Origin: an uncultured delta proteobacterium
GTDB lineage: Bacteria > Desulfobacterota > RBG-13-43-22
DNA: 64,000 nucleotides
Direction: 5' to 3'
Assembly: GCA_963743305.1 (NCBI GenBank)
Contig: CAVUPH010000030.1
Span: forward strand, 1-64,000
The notes below the pieces were generated by a model, which had not been told where the DNA came from, made no database searches, and saw nothing but the letters and a program-made list of their open reading frames with translations. The first letter of the stretch is position 1, and every line of letters begins with the position of its first letter. Both the position numbers and the translations under genes were made by a program. Shown here one piece after another: positions 1 through 11,021 of the stretch.

Positions 1-139
1 TGAACGTGCCCTCTGTAAGGCTCTTAAAAGTGGTGCCCATGGCGCGAAATACAGCCGCGGGATTCTTCGCGGCGGAGGCCAACCTGCTCAGTGCCGGGCT
101 GACGTCGTTGCGAGTTAGTCCAAATGAAAAAGAGGACAT
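1..139 (-). CDS. Phage virion morphogenesis protein (Mu gpG-like), N-terminal part, runs off the window
   Basis: Manual translation from ATG 139: MSSFSFGLTRNDVSPALSRLASAAKNPAAVFRAMGTTFKSLTEGTF. Lies directly downstream of MuF, as in the Mu portal-F-G gene order. Confidence 0.6.
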   Translation of the reverse strand, partial: MSSFSFGLTRNDVSPALSRLASAAKNPAAVFRAMGTTFKSLTEGTF

Positions 140-247
140 GGTTGACAGAATATCACATCGGCGTATTCTATTGCCGATGTCATCGTAGCCGTTGGCGGCG
201 TTCGAAAATGACAGCCTGCGCCGGGTAGCCAACCTTCCGGCGCGGTT

Positions 248-1611
248 CTATTTTCGGTAAACGAGCTCACCGCTTCTGAATTTCTCTAGTGCCTTTGCCC
301 CTTCGGAAAGAACGTTATTACCTCGTCCAGGGACTCGCCCTTTCTGGCCGTGATTACCACGAACCCGAAAAAGTTTCCCAATTTTGAGAATCGCGAGATA
401 TAGCGCCGGCGCAGGCCATCCTGCCACACCTCGACCGGAGCCACAACCGTCCGGATTGCCGAATCAATAAACCGAATCCGTTGATCGAGCTTTACCGCCA
501 ACATCGCTGGGATACTTATACCAGAAAACCTAACCTGGGTTCCGGAAACACTCTTAATAACAAACCCCGCGTCGAGCTTCTGCTTGGCCTGGGGGCTCCA
601 ACCCTACGAGGCAATGGGCGCTCCTAGGTCAAACCCTCGAAACGGACCAAGGCTAAGGCTGGTAGCAGTCCCAGAATCGCCGATTCGGTTGCTCGAGTCC
701 GCTTCAGATGTTTCCTGAGACCGCATCGTGATTCTGTCGGACCGAATCTGTTCGGACTTAGGGCGTGCCTCGGGAGGCTTGGAACTCAACCAATTCCAGA
801 CCGTCGTCTTCTCAGACACGAGGTTCTTGCGTGCCCAACCCGCAAAAGCTTCCCAAACCGGAGGATCATATCGAAGACTTAGCTCGCCAATAGACAGCCG
901 CAGATCATCCGGGTTCCACCGAAACGCATGTTCCTCTCCTGGCTTATCCGCCGGCGCCGTCACATCGAACCGCTGGCCTTTCTGAGCAGCGTGCCATTGC
1001 GGAGTTGGTCGAGCGCAGGCCCTTCGACCACATTCCGGTCCTCGGGCGGGCGATCCTTGTCTTTATCGCGCTCTTCGTCGACCAGGTCGGTGTTCATCGG
1101 CCGGATCCGGCAGCGGCAGCCCCACTCCCATGGAGGCATGTGCTTATCCCAAAACGGATCATTCTTCGGCAGCGTGATGCCATTAAGCGCCAGGTGGCTG
1201 TCACGTACATGCGTGTCCTCCGTGGCAAGGTCATGCATGTGGGTCGTGTCCTCGTCCTCCTGGGCTACGCGCCAATTGGATGCCTGGAAGGCCTCAAACC
1301 CATGCGTGCGGATCAGCAGCGTCGCGCGGCGATCCGCCGCCTATTCCGAAAAGTGCGCGTCCTGGAGTTCGTCCACCACCTGCTGTTTCACCTTATCCCA
1401 GGTGCCCTCCTCGCCGCCCCGCGGCAGCGCCGCGATTGCGTCGCGAATGCGCTGCAGGGCATTCGCGCCCCTCAACGCCAGTCACCGCGAACGCCCGCCC
1501 GCGCAGCTCGGGGAGCAGACCCTTGAAGACTCGCATAGCCACGGGTCTCTTGGAGCGAATCAGCGCAATCGCTTCCTCGTGAGGCGTTGGCTGGAATGAG
1601 GCGTCCGGCAT
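248..1611 (-). pseudogene. Phage Mu gpF (MuF) head morphogenesis protein with C-terminal PBECR2-like nuclease domain; multiple frameshifts and one in-frame TAG
   Basis: N-terminus MPDASFQPTPHEEAIALIRSK...RAFAVTG; MuF motif D.HVRDSHLALNG...DPFWDKHMPPWEWGCRC. The frames join 960-1238, 604-963 and 286-603. A shifted terminal frame reads LEKFRSGELVYRK* with stop at 248-250. Confidence 0.7.
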
Positions 1612-1616
1612 AGTGA

Positions 1617-2143
1617 TCAGCCGAAGCCCGTCGCTACTTCAGCGCTTCCGCCGCGCCGGTAGCCGCGCAGATCTGCAGCGCCCCCTTCCAGCTCAGCCAT
1701 TAGCCGCTCAGGCTTCCAGTCGGAATACGCCCGTGCGAGCTTCATTAGGCATTCCTCACGGCTCTTGCTATCCAGAACGATTTGCCGAAACGGCGCCATG
1801 CTGCCTTTATACGCCGCCGCCAACTGTTTCACCTGTGCTGGCGTATACAAGGCCGGCTCCACTGCCCTGGGCCTGTCTCCGCCGCCAGCGCTAAAATGCA
1901 CCAGCCGCCCTCGCCCGTCGCGCCGCCAGCCATCGTCTCAAGTTCACCTTCAGGATCGACCTCGTCCTCAGCTCCCGCTTTCGGAGGCGCTAATTCCGGC
2001 GCCGCCGGCTGCACGCTCCGCCGCATTTCCATGCCGATCTTCTCTTCGATGATCGGGATAGCCGCGTCCGTTGGCTCCCAGCCGGCATCTTTTGCCGATT
2101 TCAACAGCTCGGCAAACGTCTTGGAGTCCGCCGCCTCCTGCCC
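1617..2143 (-). pseudogene. Mu-like portal protein (DUF935/gp29) C-terminal fragment, frameshifted and truncated
   Basis: ORF pieces 1829-2170 and 1617-1901 lie upstream of MuF, in the position expected for the portal. Family assignment is mainly from gene order. Confidence 0.5.
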
Positions 2144-2977
2144 TTCGAGGGAATCCCTCATCTGCTCCACGAAGTGGTCACCGAACCCAAGATGGCCACC
2201 CGGGTCCTGCGTTGGGCCATCCGGGAGATGGAAGACCGCTATCAGCGCATGGCTGAGAAAGGGGTCCGCAGTATTGACAGCTATAATCAGCGCCTGCTCA
2301 AGGAGAAAAAGGGAACTCCCCAGGGATATCCCGAGGGCTGGCTGCCTTATATCATCGTGGTGATCGATGAATTGGCCGACCTGATGATGGTTTCTTCACG
2401 GGATGTAGAGGAATACCTGACCCGGCTGGCCCAAATGGCCCGGGCCGCCGGGATCCACTTGCTGATCGCCACTCAGAGGCCCTCCGTGGACGTGCTCACC
2501 GGGATCATCAAGGCCAATTTTCCCGCCCGGATCTCATTCCAGGTCTCCTCGAAAACGGATTCCCGGACCATCCTGGATACCAACGGGGCCGAGGCCCTCC
2601 TGGGAGCCGGGGATATGCTCTTTCTGCCGCCCGGTGTTTCCAAATTGCAGCGCATTCACGGGGCCTATGTATCTGAAACGGAGATCAAACGACTGACCGA
2701 TTTCTTGCGAAACCAGCAGAAGCCGGTGTATGATGATTCCATCCTGGCGGTCGAGGAAAACCTGGGTCCCGAGGAGGAAGAGGCCCTGGATGAGAAATAT
2801 GAAGAGGCGGTCCGCTTGGTCAAGGAAACCCGGCAGGTCTCGATTTCCATGATCCAGCGCAAATTACGTATCGGCTATAACCGCGCGGCCCGCTTGGTGG
2901 AGATCATGGAACGGGAGGGCGTTGTCGGCTCGGCGGACGGCGGACGGACCAGAGAGGTATTGGTGAAAAACTTTTAA
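2141..2977 (+). CDS. ftsK: DNA translocase FtsK, C-terminal motor and gamma domain (5' part missing)
   Basis: FEGIPHLLHEVVTEPK, IIVVIDELADLMM (Walker B), ARAAGIHLLIATQRPSVDV, gamma domain SISMIQRKLRIGYNRAARL. Confidence 0.95.
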   Translation, partial: PFEGIPHLLHEVVTEPKMATRVLRWAIREMEDRYQRMAEKGVRSIDSYNQRLLKEKKGTPQGYPEGWLPYIIVVIDELADLMMVSSRDVEEYLTRLAQMARAAGIHLLIATQRPSVDVLTGIIKANFPARISFQVSSKTDSRTILDTNGAEALLGAGDMLFLPPGVSKLQRIHGAYVSETEIKRLTDFLRNQQKPVYDDSILAVEENLGPEEEEALDEKYEEAVRLVKETRQVSISMIQRKLRIGYNRAARLVEIMEREGVVGSADGGRTREVLVKNF

Positions 2978-3050
2978 CCCGGAATGCGTTCCGGGAGTCA
3001 AAAAAGAAGCCGAAAACCCGCGAAGGATGAAAATCTTTTTTATTAATTCT

Positions 3051-3091
3051 CCCTCACCTCCTCCCTCCAAGAAAGAGGGGTGAGGTGAGGG
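3051..3091. repeat. REP-like GC-rich palindrome (CCCTCACC...GGTGAGGG family)
   Basis: ccctcacctc-ctccctc caagaaa gagggg-tgaggtgaggg inverted repeat between ftsK and lolA. Confidence 0.7.
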
Positions 3092-3114
3092 TATCAACCG
3101 CCAGGAGCAACTCC

Positions 3115-3834
3115 ATGAAAAAAATGAAAACCAACGGGATTATCATTTCAATTTTTTTAACTTTCTCCCTGATCCTCTGGGGGGGATTCAAACCAGGCTA
3201 TGCTCAGTCAGATCCAGAGCTCCAATCCCTTTTGGAAAAGCTCAAAGACCGCTTCGGCCTCATCAAAACCTTGAAGGCCGATTACGTTCGGAATCTGCTT
3301 CCCAAGGTATCCAGCGCGCTGCCCGCTGCGACGATGAAGGCCGAAGGGCGGCTCACCTTTGCCTCACCGAACAAGCTACGTCTGGACCAGAGCCAACCTC
3401 GGGCGGAGCTGTTGGTCAGCGATGGGGAAAAAGCCTGGTGGTATATCCCCGGAGAAAAGACGGTCCAGGTTTTTCAGGTGAGCGAGTATGGCCAGACGGT
3501 TAAGCCCATCACCGATTTTTTCTCCGGTCTGGGCGGTTTGGAGAAACATTTTACTGTCCGCCTGGACAAGACTATTTCTGAAGAGGCGCCTTATTACGCG
3601 CTGGTGCTGCAACCTAAAAACCCTCAGCCCGATCTGAACCAGATTCACCTCCGGATCTTAAAGACTACCCTCCTGCCCCTGGAGTTCACCTTTTACAATA
3701 TACTAGGCGACGGGACCCGTTTTCGCCTCAGTCAGGTCCAGACAGGAGTCCAAGTCAGCGACTCGGCCTTCCGGTTCACCCCGCCCAAGGGAGTACAGGT
3801 TATCGCTCAACCTGCGGCTGCACCTAAGAAGTGA
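3115..3834 (+). CDS. lolA: Outer-membrane lipoprotein carrier protein LolA
   Basis: Signal peptide, PNKLRLD...LVSDGEKAWWY, FRFTPPKGVQV; conserved ftsK-lolA synteny. Confidence 0.88.
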   Translation: MKKMKTNGIIISIFLTFSLILWGGFKPGYAQSDPELQSLLEKLKDRFGLIKTLKADYVRNLLPKVSSALPAATMKAEGRLTFASPNKLRLDQSQPRAELLVSDGEKAWWYIPGEKTVQVFQVSEYGQTVKPITDFFSGLGGLEKHFTVRLDKTISEEAPYYALVLQPKNPQPDLNQIHLRILKTTLLPLEFTFYNILGDGTRFRLSQVQTGVQVSDSAFRFTPPKGVQVIAQPAAAPKK

Positions 3835-4105
3835 TTTAGATTCCACCGTCGAATTATTTTTTCAAGTTCCTTGCGGTCGATGATTCGTAAGATGGTCACT
3901 GTGGTGACCTCAAAGCGGTACATAACGCGATAATCTCCGGATCGGAGGCGATAGAGTGGCGGCCTGATGCCTTTTAATTTCTTGATACCGCCAGAGGTGG
4001 ACAGGGGGTTCTTGGAAAGGGATTTTATACTCTTAATGACCTGCTTTCGAAACCGTTCAGGTCTTCGCCGGCCGACTGGGCAAGTTGAACCGCAAAATTG
4101 CCCAT
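3807..4105 (-). pseudogene. RelE/ParE family toxin, frameshifted near the 5' end
   Basis: ATG 4105 gives MGNFAVQLAQSAGEDL, then the frame shifts to IKKLKGIRPPLYRLRSGDYRVMYRF..ILRIIDRKE. Confidence 0.75.
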
Positions 4106-4113
4106 AATCCGGA

Positions 4114-4341
4114 TCAGCCCTTTGAACCGGTGAGATAATCTTCCAGAGAAACGATTCTCCCAGCCTTGATATCTTCGTCCGCCTTGGTAATTTTCTTCCG
4201 GATGGAAGGACTGTTTTCCAGAATGAAATCTTCCGGGTCATCTTCGGTGAGCGGCAACAAAGACGCCTCCGGTTTGCCCCGATAGGTGATGATAACGGGG
4301 TTCCCTTTGACTACTTCACGGAGAAGTTCGTTCGTCTTTGA
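4114..4341 (-). pseudogene. Phd/YefM antitoxin, 5'-truncated
   Basis: KTNELLREVVKGNPVIITYRGKPEASLLP...DIKAGRIVSLEDY; the usual N-terminal strand and start codon are absent. Confidence 0.75.
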
Positions 4342-7306
4342 AAAAATAATCCCGTTTCCTGTGTAACTAAAGGCAGGAAAAGGCGGACATTGGGCATATT
4401 CGGCGATTGAAACAGCCAAGTGCTCGCCTGTAAAAACTCACTGGAGAGGCTTTCATGCCCGGCGGCGTCGACCGCCGTGACCCACCAGGTGTACACTTGA
4501 TTGAGTTCCACCGAATCATAAAACGAGGTCCCGGGTATTAGCGCCGAGGTTCGTTTCTGACCGCTGGTTTCGCCATAGGCTTGCCGGTAAATAGTATACC
4601 CGACCACATCCTGCTCCAGCGGGGGATTCCACTCGATCAAGGCCTGGCCCGCTGCTACCTCCAAACTCAAGCCCTCGGGTCGTGCCGGGGCCGTATCCAA
4701 CGGATTAAGCGGGCCAAACACGAAAGGGACGCCCAACAGCGAATCCACTCCGACCGGGGTCAGGCGATAGAAATAGGTCTCCCCGTTTTGAACTGCTGGA
4801 TCAACATAGCTGCCGGCCTTCACCAGCCCCGTCGGAAGAAGGGCAAAGGGACCCGAAGCCGAACTGCCGCGCTCGATTTGCCAGGCGATCGTCTTTACGG
4901 GAACATCACTTTGTGAAAAAGCAACCTTAGACTCGCCGGCCCGCGCCGTGATGGTGTTAGCGCTGAGCTCGGGCTCAATTCCTGTGCCGCCAAGCTGTGC
5001 CGAGACCGTCGCCGACGCGGCACTCTCATTGCCGTTCGCATCGACCGCGGTCAGATAATAATATCCCTGCGGCAGCGGTGACGTATCAAAATACACTCCG
5101 GGATGGCCACTGATCGTCTCGATCAGGGTAAAACCATCCGCGGCTGCAGCCGAACGATAAATCCGATAGCCGGAGATCTGCGGACTGGTCGCACCGCCCC
5201 AGGTAAGCGCCACCTGGCTCGTTCCCGCAAAAACCGTCACGCGCTGCGGTGTCGGCAGCACCAAAGAACTAACTTGAAACTGAGAATAGGCGGTGCTGCG
5301 CCGGCCGCCCAGGGTCGTAATGGAAGCCTTGACGGTGTTGGCGCCCAAGCGCGAGCGGGGCTTCCGCAGGGGGGCAGTAAACCACTCCCTGCGAAATCGG
5401 GACGAGGACCTGATCGTAAAAGTCCCCCGGGTAGAGATGGTCGCTGACGAGCACCTGATTGAGGCGGACCGTCAGTGAATCAAGAAAAGTCGGGATGTTC
5501 GCAGCCAGCGGATAGTTAATGCGTACACAGCCTAAAGTCGAATCGAGCGTCTCTCCACTTGCCGGTTTAATCTCAATCGGCAGCAGCCCTCCGCTCGGGA
5601 GATTGGCAATTCGCTGGGGAGCACCCGGAAGCATAGTGGAAGGATCAAAAATCACTTGGGTGCCGGAAGGAATGATCGCAGCGGCACCGCTGCTTTTGGC
5701 AACCACCGAACCCGCCCGGCCGGCGACTTTTACGGAACCATCGCTGCGCAGATAGCCTTCCAGCAGGTAACTGCTCTGGTTTCCGGAAGAATCCACACCG
5801 CCTGCCCAGGCATTAGGGACTTTAAGTCTGCGCGGGCTGGGTAGCGGGGCGGGGTAGTCCAGCGCTTTGTTCAGCACATACCTTCATCGTCGTGCCCGCG
5901 GCAGCCTGAGCCAGAAAACCCATCGGGCCAAAGGCCGTTTTGGCCGCAAAACCGGCGCCTTGAATGAAAGCAAAACGCGCCAACTCGGCCGGGTTTTCGG
6001 TTGACTCTTTGACAAAATTCGAAAAGTCGGCAAAAATATTGCAGTCCCTGTTCTCCTCGATGCCCTTAGCCCCTAGTCGCAGGTAAACCCCGGTGTTCTG
6101 ACTCTCGTAAGGCAGCCCCACACCCTGCGCTTCGCCTGAAGAACGGTCGTAGAAGGAAAGTCTGACGTAGGGCAAAACAAGATTGTTTTGGAGATCAAAT
6201 GACGAACGAAGCCTGAGAATCGTTCCCGGCGGAAATTTGGTGTTTCGGGGAAACAACGAATAAGATGTTTCGCCCGGCTTCTTGGCGGTAACATCTCCAT
6301 CGACGGCATCGATATTCACAAAGTAATTCTTAACCAGTGTTTCATAGCGCAACTGCGCTTCGGCTTCGGCAACAATCGCCACGTTGTCGCTAATCCCCGC
6401 AGTGCTCGCCGAGGGATCGATGGGATTATCCAGGCCTGCCGGAAGCGGTGGATCGACTGACGGAACGATCACAAATTGTTCGGGGGTATAGTAGTTAAAC
6501 CGCGCCAGCCCATACCAGGCGAGACTTCCGCCCCCCCAGTATTCCTCGGTGGCAGCCTGGCTGGGGCTAAAGATCATTTTCCCCCCAGCAGCGCTGGGGC
6601 GGATTACCTCTCCAATCACCGGCTTTTCCGTAACACCAACACCAAGGTAAACATTAGCAGCAACAAGACTAAAGGATGAGAGTTTTACCTTCACCACCCG
6701 GTCCTGTTCGTCGATCTCCGTATCCATATATTTGGTTGGGAAAAGAACCAGCCCGGTTTCCAGCGTCGCAGCAAACGTAGAAGGAGGTTGGGCACAACCA
6801 ACGTTTCCATAGGTCGCTGTTCCTTGCAACGTGACCTGGGGAACGATTTCATAGTACCTCTTTGGTATTATCCCGTTGCCATTGGCCGGATCGTAGGGGT
6901 CAAAAGGAAAACGAATCTCGGCCGTGTTGCCGTTGGTAGTAACAGACGCGGTTGTTGGATCGATTGTGGTTACATGAGGATGCTGGGAGCTCGTCGTAAA
7001 AAAATCCACGGCCAACACTTCGAGGGTTTCACCCGCTAAAGAGCAGCCAGTCGGAGGTGAATAACCGAAATGAAATTCAGCTCGCAGCACAAACTCCATT
7101 TTGCCCGCAGCTTGATACACATAGTTGTTTGACCGATCGGTCGAAGAGGTGTTGTATCCGGTATCACTGATAAAATTCGCGCCGATCGCGCTTGGATTCA
7201 GCGACAGGCCATCGATATTCGTTATTACCCGACCGTCCGCCCGGGAATTGTTGGGCAGAAAAAAGGCGCCAAAAAGCATTGCGGCAATCAAGACCAGGTG
7301 TGGCAT
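4311..7306 (-). pseudogene. Large secreted protein with C-terminal fibronectin type III repeats and an FLPLV tail; two frameshifts (~5880, ~5350)
   Basis: RBS and ATG 7306 with signal peptide MPHLVLIAAMLFGAFFL. FN3 motifs GYRIYRS, YYYLTAVDANGNES, YTWWVTAVDAAGHES. Ends NVRLFLPLVTQ. Three consecutive ORFs on the same strand. Confidence 0.75.
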
Positions 7307-7360
7307 TAGACTAAGTACTCCTTTCCTTTCGGACAATCCAGGGGATCTGCTTCGTAGATC

Positions 7361-7480
7361 CTCGGTATCAATCTGGCCCGGATTCGAAGTCCGGAGTAAC
7401 GTTAGAAAACCCATTCGCCGAGACCCGACGGCCATACTTGATAGGCGGAGGTAACCACCTCAAAGGGTGAAGCGTCAATA
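7361..7480. repeat. Copy of repeat family B (...CCAAAAGGGCGAAGCGTC end)
   Basis: Similar to 22022-22160: tcgaag.tccg...cgcc.g..c.g.cggccatac...ggagg..a.c.acc.caaagggtgaagcgtc. Confidence 0.6.
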
Positions 7481-7578
7481 GGGAAATCACCCTTCCCCTC
7501 GCTGTCCGGGCCAATCGCTTCTAAGAATCATCGAACTCGGGGGGCAAAGGCGGTTTTGTGGAGATCGAAACGCCGCGA

Positions 7579-7992
7579 TTATTTTAAAACTTCCGCAATC
7601 CTGGCCCCGGTAGCCTTGATTTTTTCCATCTCCCCGGGTTGCAGACCGTGAGCCCGCATTTCCACCCCGTCATTTTCCCAGCGGGGAACCAGATGGACAT
7701 GGTAATGATCCACGAGCTGGTTGGCTGCCCGACCGTTGAGCTGAAATAGGGTCATTCCGTCCGGTTTCAAGGACGCCTTAATAGCCAGGGCCACCCTTTT
7801 AACCGTCTTGAAGGCGGCCTGCAGGTCTTTTTCTTCAATGTCAAAGAGGGTGGGGGCATGCGTTTTCGGGACGATCAGGCAGTGGCCGTCGGACCGGGGG
7901 TTGATATCCATGAAGGCGATGGTCTGGTCGTCTTCAAAGATTTTCACGCAGGGGATCTGACCGGCAATGATTTTACAGAAGATGCAATCCAT
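7579..7992 (-). CDS. HIT family hydrolase
   Basis: MDCIFCKII, AFMDINP, GHCLIVPK, HYHVHLVPR histidine triad. Confidence 0.95.
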   Translation of the reverse strand: MDCIFCKIIAGQIPCVKIFEDDQTIAFMDINPRSDGHCLIVPKTHAPTLFDIEEKDLQAAFKTVKRVALAIKASLKPDGMTLFQLNGRAANQLVDHYHVHLVPRWENDGVEMRAHGLQPGEMEKIKATGARIAEVLK

Positions 7993-8196
7993 GATTTCAA
8001 TACTCCCTCTTTGGCATTCGGTAACCGCTCCAGGAATTATTATCCGATTGCGGGTTATTTATCAAATAGTTATTTTCTTGTCATCCCGAAGGCTTTCAGC
8101 CGGTCTGGGTTTATCAGGCCGTCGGTTCCCTGCTCCCCGCCATCCAATATTGCCATTGACAGAGCAGACCTTTACGATTATATAAATACTATCAGA

Positions 8197-8273
8197 GCGC
8201 CCATAGCTCAGCTGGATAGAGTGCCGGACTACGAATCCGTAGGTCGGGTGTTCGAATCACCCTGGGCGCGCCA
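8197..8273 (+). tRNA. tRNA-Arg (anticodon ACG)
   Basis: 77-nt cloverleaf GCGCCCA...TGGGCGCGCCA, anticodon loop CT-ACG-AA, TTCGAAT T-loop, encoded CCA. Confidence 0.97.
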
Positions 8274-8279
8274 AATTTC

Positions 8280-8314
8280 AAGGAGTTAGCCGGTTTCGGT
8301 TAGCTCCTTTTTTT
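8280..8314 (+). terminator. Rho-independent terminator after tRNA-Arg
   Basis: aaggagttagcc-ggtttc-ggttagctcctt plus T-run. Confidence 0.8.
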
Positions 8315-8474
8315 ATTGTTTTCGGATAATTCTACCCGGCGGGCAACCGGTCAACCAATTATTCCGCCCGGGCGGCCCACCCAACCGCCGAGGGGGTCGT
8401 CACCCCCAGGAACCAGGCCACGCCCGCTGCGGGATGCCCATTTCATCCAAAACGGATTTACCAAAGGATCATTT

Positions 8475-9170
8475 TCACGTCCCCCAACGGCCGTTCTGTC
8501 TCAGGTAATTCTCGATGTAATGCCGAACCTCTTGCCTGGAATCGAAAATCCCGAAATGCCCTTCACAGAGGATATCGGCTTCCAGCTCCAGGAGCCGGAG
8601 CATCGAATCCTGCCAATCGTCCAGGTCGGCTCCGAATTCTTTTAGAAAGGGGCCATGGATGTCCTGGCCGAAGAGGATCCGCTGTCCGTCGCGGTCAAGA
8701 TAGGGGGAAATCGATCCGGGAGTGTGCCCGGGGGTGTGGAAGCAGATGATGCTCTCTTCATTCCCCATAGGGATTTCTTCGTTTCCCCCGGTTAATACCT
8801 GATCCATTTTTAAAGGTGGCAAGGTTACACCGTACCAGGAGGCCCCGGTGCGGATCGGGTCGCCAAGCTCTATGGCTTCCCGGTCCCCCTGGTGGGCTAC
8901 AATCCGGCACCCGGTTTTATCCTTGAAAAAGGCGGCCCCTCCGATATGGTCCACGTGGCCATGGGTCAGGATGAGCACTGAAATGGTGCTGGGTTCTACT
9001 CCAAGGCCGAGGATATTCTTCCAGATGATCTCGGATCCCCGACCCGCCCCGGCATCAATCAGGACAGCCTGGTTAAGGCCCCGAACCAGGAATACCGAAG
9101 CATCGTTCCCGTGGGATATTTCCGAGCCGCCAACCTGGTAGATGCCTCTCGTCACTTCTATCCGGCCCAT
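8475..9170 (-). CDS. MBL-fold metallo-hydrolase
   Basis: THGHVDHIGG, HTPGHTPGS, LCEGH motifs. Confidence 0.92.
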   Translation of the reverse strand: MGRIEVTRGIYQVGGSEISHGNDASVFLVRGLNQAVLIDAGAGRGSEIIWKNILGLGVEPSTISVLILTHGHVDHIGGAAFFKDKTGCRIVAHQGDREAIELGDPIRTGASWYGVTLPPLKMDQVLTGGNEEIPMGNEESIICFHTPGHTPGSISPYLDRDGQRILFGQDIHGPFLKEFGADLDDWQDSMLRLLELEADILCEGHFGIFDSRQEVRHYIENYLRQNGRWGT

Positions 9171-9267
9171 TTCCCTCCCTTTAATCCTGGCTGAGTGGCG
9201 GACATTCTTCGCTCACTTTTCCTAGTCAATTTCTTTTCTCAGGGCATGGTAATGGACAACGGTTTCC

Positions 9268-10192
9268 CTAATCTGCGCCCAACAGGTTTAAATGGTCGGC
9301 ATAGGACTCAATCAGTTCCCGGTTAGCTATTCGGGATCGCCATTCCTCGGGGATCCCCTCATACCCATAATACGCCCGGCTATCTGGCCGTAAACCGCTC
9401 CGGTGGTGTCGGCGTCGTTTCCCAGGTTGACAGCCAGCAGGGCGCCCTCACTAAAAGAGCTGCTGTTGAAAAAAGTCCAAAGGGCCGCTTCCAGGGATTT
9501 GACCACGTATCCCGACCCGATAATCTGCGGGAGGCTCTTATGCTTGAAGGACCCGCCGGCGATTTCGTCGATCTCATCTCCCAGCGGGTGGGCATCCCAG
9601 TACCCGGGAATAGGGATATAACGATCGGATAACAGGGATTCTTTGTCCACCCCGTTCAGTGCCCCCACGAGTAATCCTCCAAAATACCGGCAGGCATCCC
9701 CGCAGGTTTTGGCCCCGTGGGTGGTGCGGGAGCTTTAATCTGACCGGGCTATAGCCTCCCCTGGGCTCCCAGCATAAAAAATGGGTACCGGGGCCAGGCG
9801 CATGATCGACCCGTTCCCGGCGGCATAAGGGTCGTCTACCTCGCAGTACGGCGCCCCTGTTTTTTCAAAATGAACCAGAGCCGACCGGACGGTGTTCCCG
9901 AGGCCAAAGCACTTTCCGGTGCCGCTCAAATACCCTTTTCGGAACCAGCGGACATAACGCCGGAGCTGATCCGCTGGATCGATGCCCTTACAGGCGATGA
10001 GGCTGTCCGCCAGGCTAAGGGCCATAGCCGTGTCGTCGGTCCACTGCCCGCCTGGAGATTGAAATCACCACCGCCAACCATATCCTCGATAGGTTCAAAT
10101 GTTCCAGGCGGATGAAATTCCAAAGGGGCCCCCAGAGCGTCCCCCACGGCCAGGCGCACCAGGCAGCCAAGATTGCGATCCCGTCTTTGCAC
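9268..10192 (-). pseudogene. ADP-ribosylglycohydrolase (DraG/ARH family), several frameshifts
   Basis: LAVGDALGAPLEF, GNGSIMRLAP and [20 protein letters not shown] are split across three frames. Confidence 0.88.
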
Positions 10193-10196
10193 CAGG

Positions 10197-11021
10197 TTAT
10201 TTGAGGCCAAGAATCCAACCTTCGGTTTGGGCAATTGCTTGTTCTTTTGGTGTCAGTCCGGGTTTGAAGAATTCCGCCAGGGTACCGTTAAAATCGGCAC
10301 GGCGCAGCCAGGCGGCGACTGAGAAGGCATCGTGCTGGTCGGCGGTGCGTTCTTCGCGGGAGAAACTCCGGCTCCAAAGGACAGGATAGACCTCCGCAAC
10401 TACGGATCGTCCGACCGGAATATCCCAGCCATCGAAGGGCCAGAAATGGACTCGATCGCTCACCTCATGTCGAATATATCGTAACCAGGGTAGCCCGGCA
10501 TGGGTGGACTTGGCCACTGAACCCGGGACATCGAAGTGAAAGACTGACTTGGCTGCGCCGGCCCGGATTTCGGTCAAACGGCGCCAGCGTGAATTTCCGG
10601 AACGGGCCTCGGCGTTGCCGCAGGATCCGTTGCGGATGAAATCGACGTAGGTGTTGTCTTGGTCGGTCGGCCAGTGCCGTTGAAAATCATCGAGAAACAC
10701 AGACCAGTCAGGCTGGATGCGGTGAACCTCGAAATAACGCAGCGGAAATGAAAATCCGTGGTCTATTCCGACCAGGGTCAAACGGTCCTCGGCAAGCCGC
10801 TCGACAAGCCATTCGGCCAAGCCCTTGCGGGTCCAATATTTTCGTGGACTGGGAGGAGGTTGTACTTCAATGGGCGGGAACACTCGGTCCGCCTGGTAAA
10901 CCCGAAGCCCCTTCAGACTTGATGTAATGACTTCGGCGCCTGAATAGTCGATGCCTATGTAGCGATCGAAGGCCGGCAGCACCCCTTCAAAACGGTTTTT
11001 TATTGCCTCATGTTTCATCAA
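10197..11021 (-). CDS. DUF429-like predicted nuclease (RNase H-like fold)
   Basis: YIGIDYSGA, LVGIDHGFSFP, HFWPFDGW, AEVYP, DQHDA, EGWILG. Confidence 0.65.
   Translation of the reverse strand: MMKHEAIKNRFEGVLPAFDRYIGIDYSGAEVITSSLKGLRVYQADRVFPPIEVQPPPSPRKYWTRKGLAEWLVERLAEDRLTLVGIDHGFSFPLRYFEVHRIQPDWSVFLDDFQRHWPTDQDNTYVDFIRNGSCGNAEARSGNSRWRRLTEIRAGAAKSVFHFDVPGSVAKSTHAGLPWLRYIRHEVSDRVHFWPFDGWDIPVGRSVVAEVYPVLWSRSFSREERTADQHDAFSVAAWLRRADFNGTLAEFFKPGLTPKEQAIAQTEGWILGLK

Noticed and set aside
604-606. Stop-codon recoding (TAG readthrough) in the phage
   Set aside because: A single instance in an indel-rich region, and TAG also appears to end the same gene at 248-250; insufficient evidence.
728-2363. 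Plus-strand ORFs over the phage region
   Set aside because: Antisense shadows of the minus-strand MuF and portal genes with no recognisable motifs.
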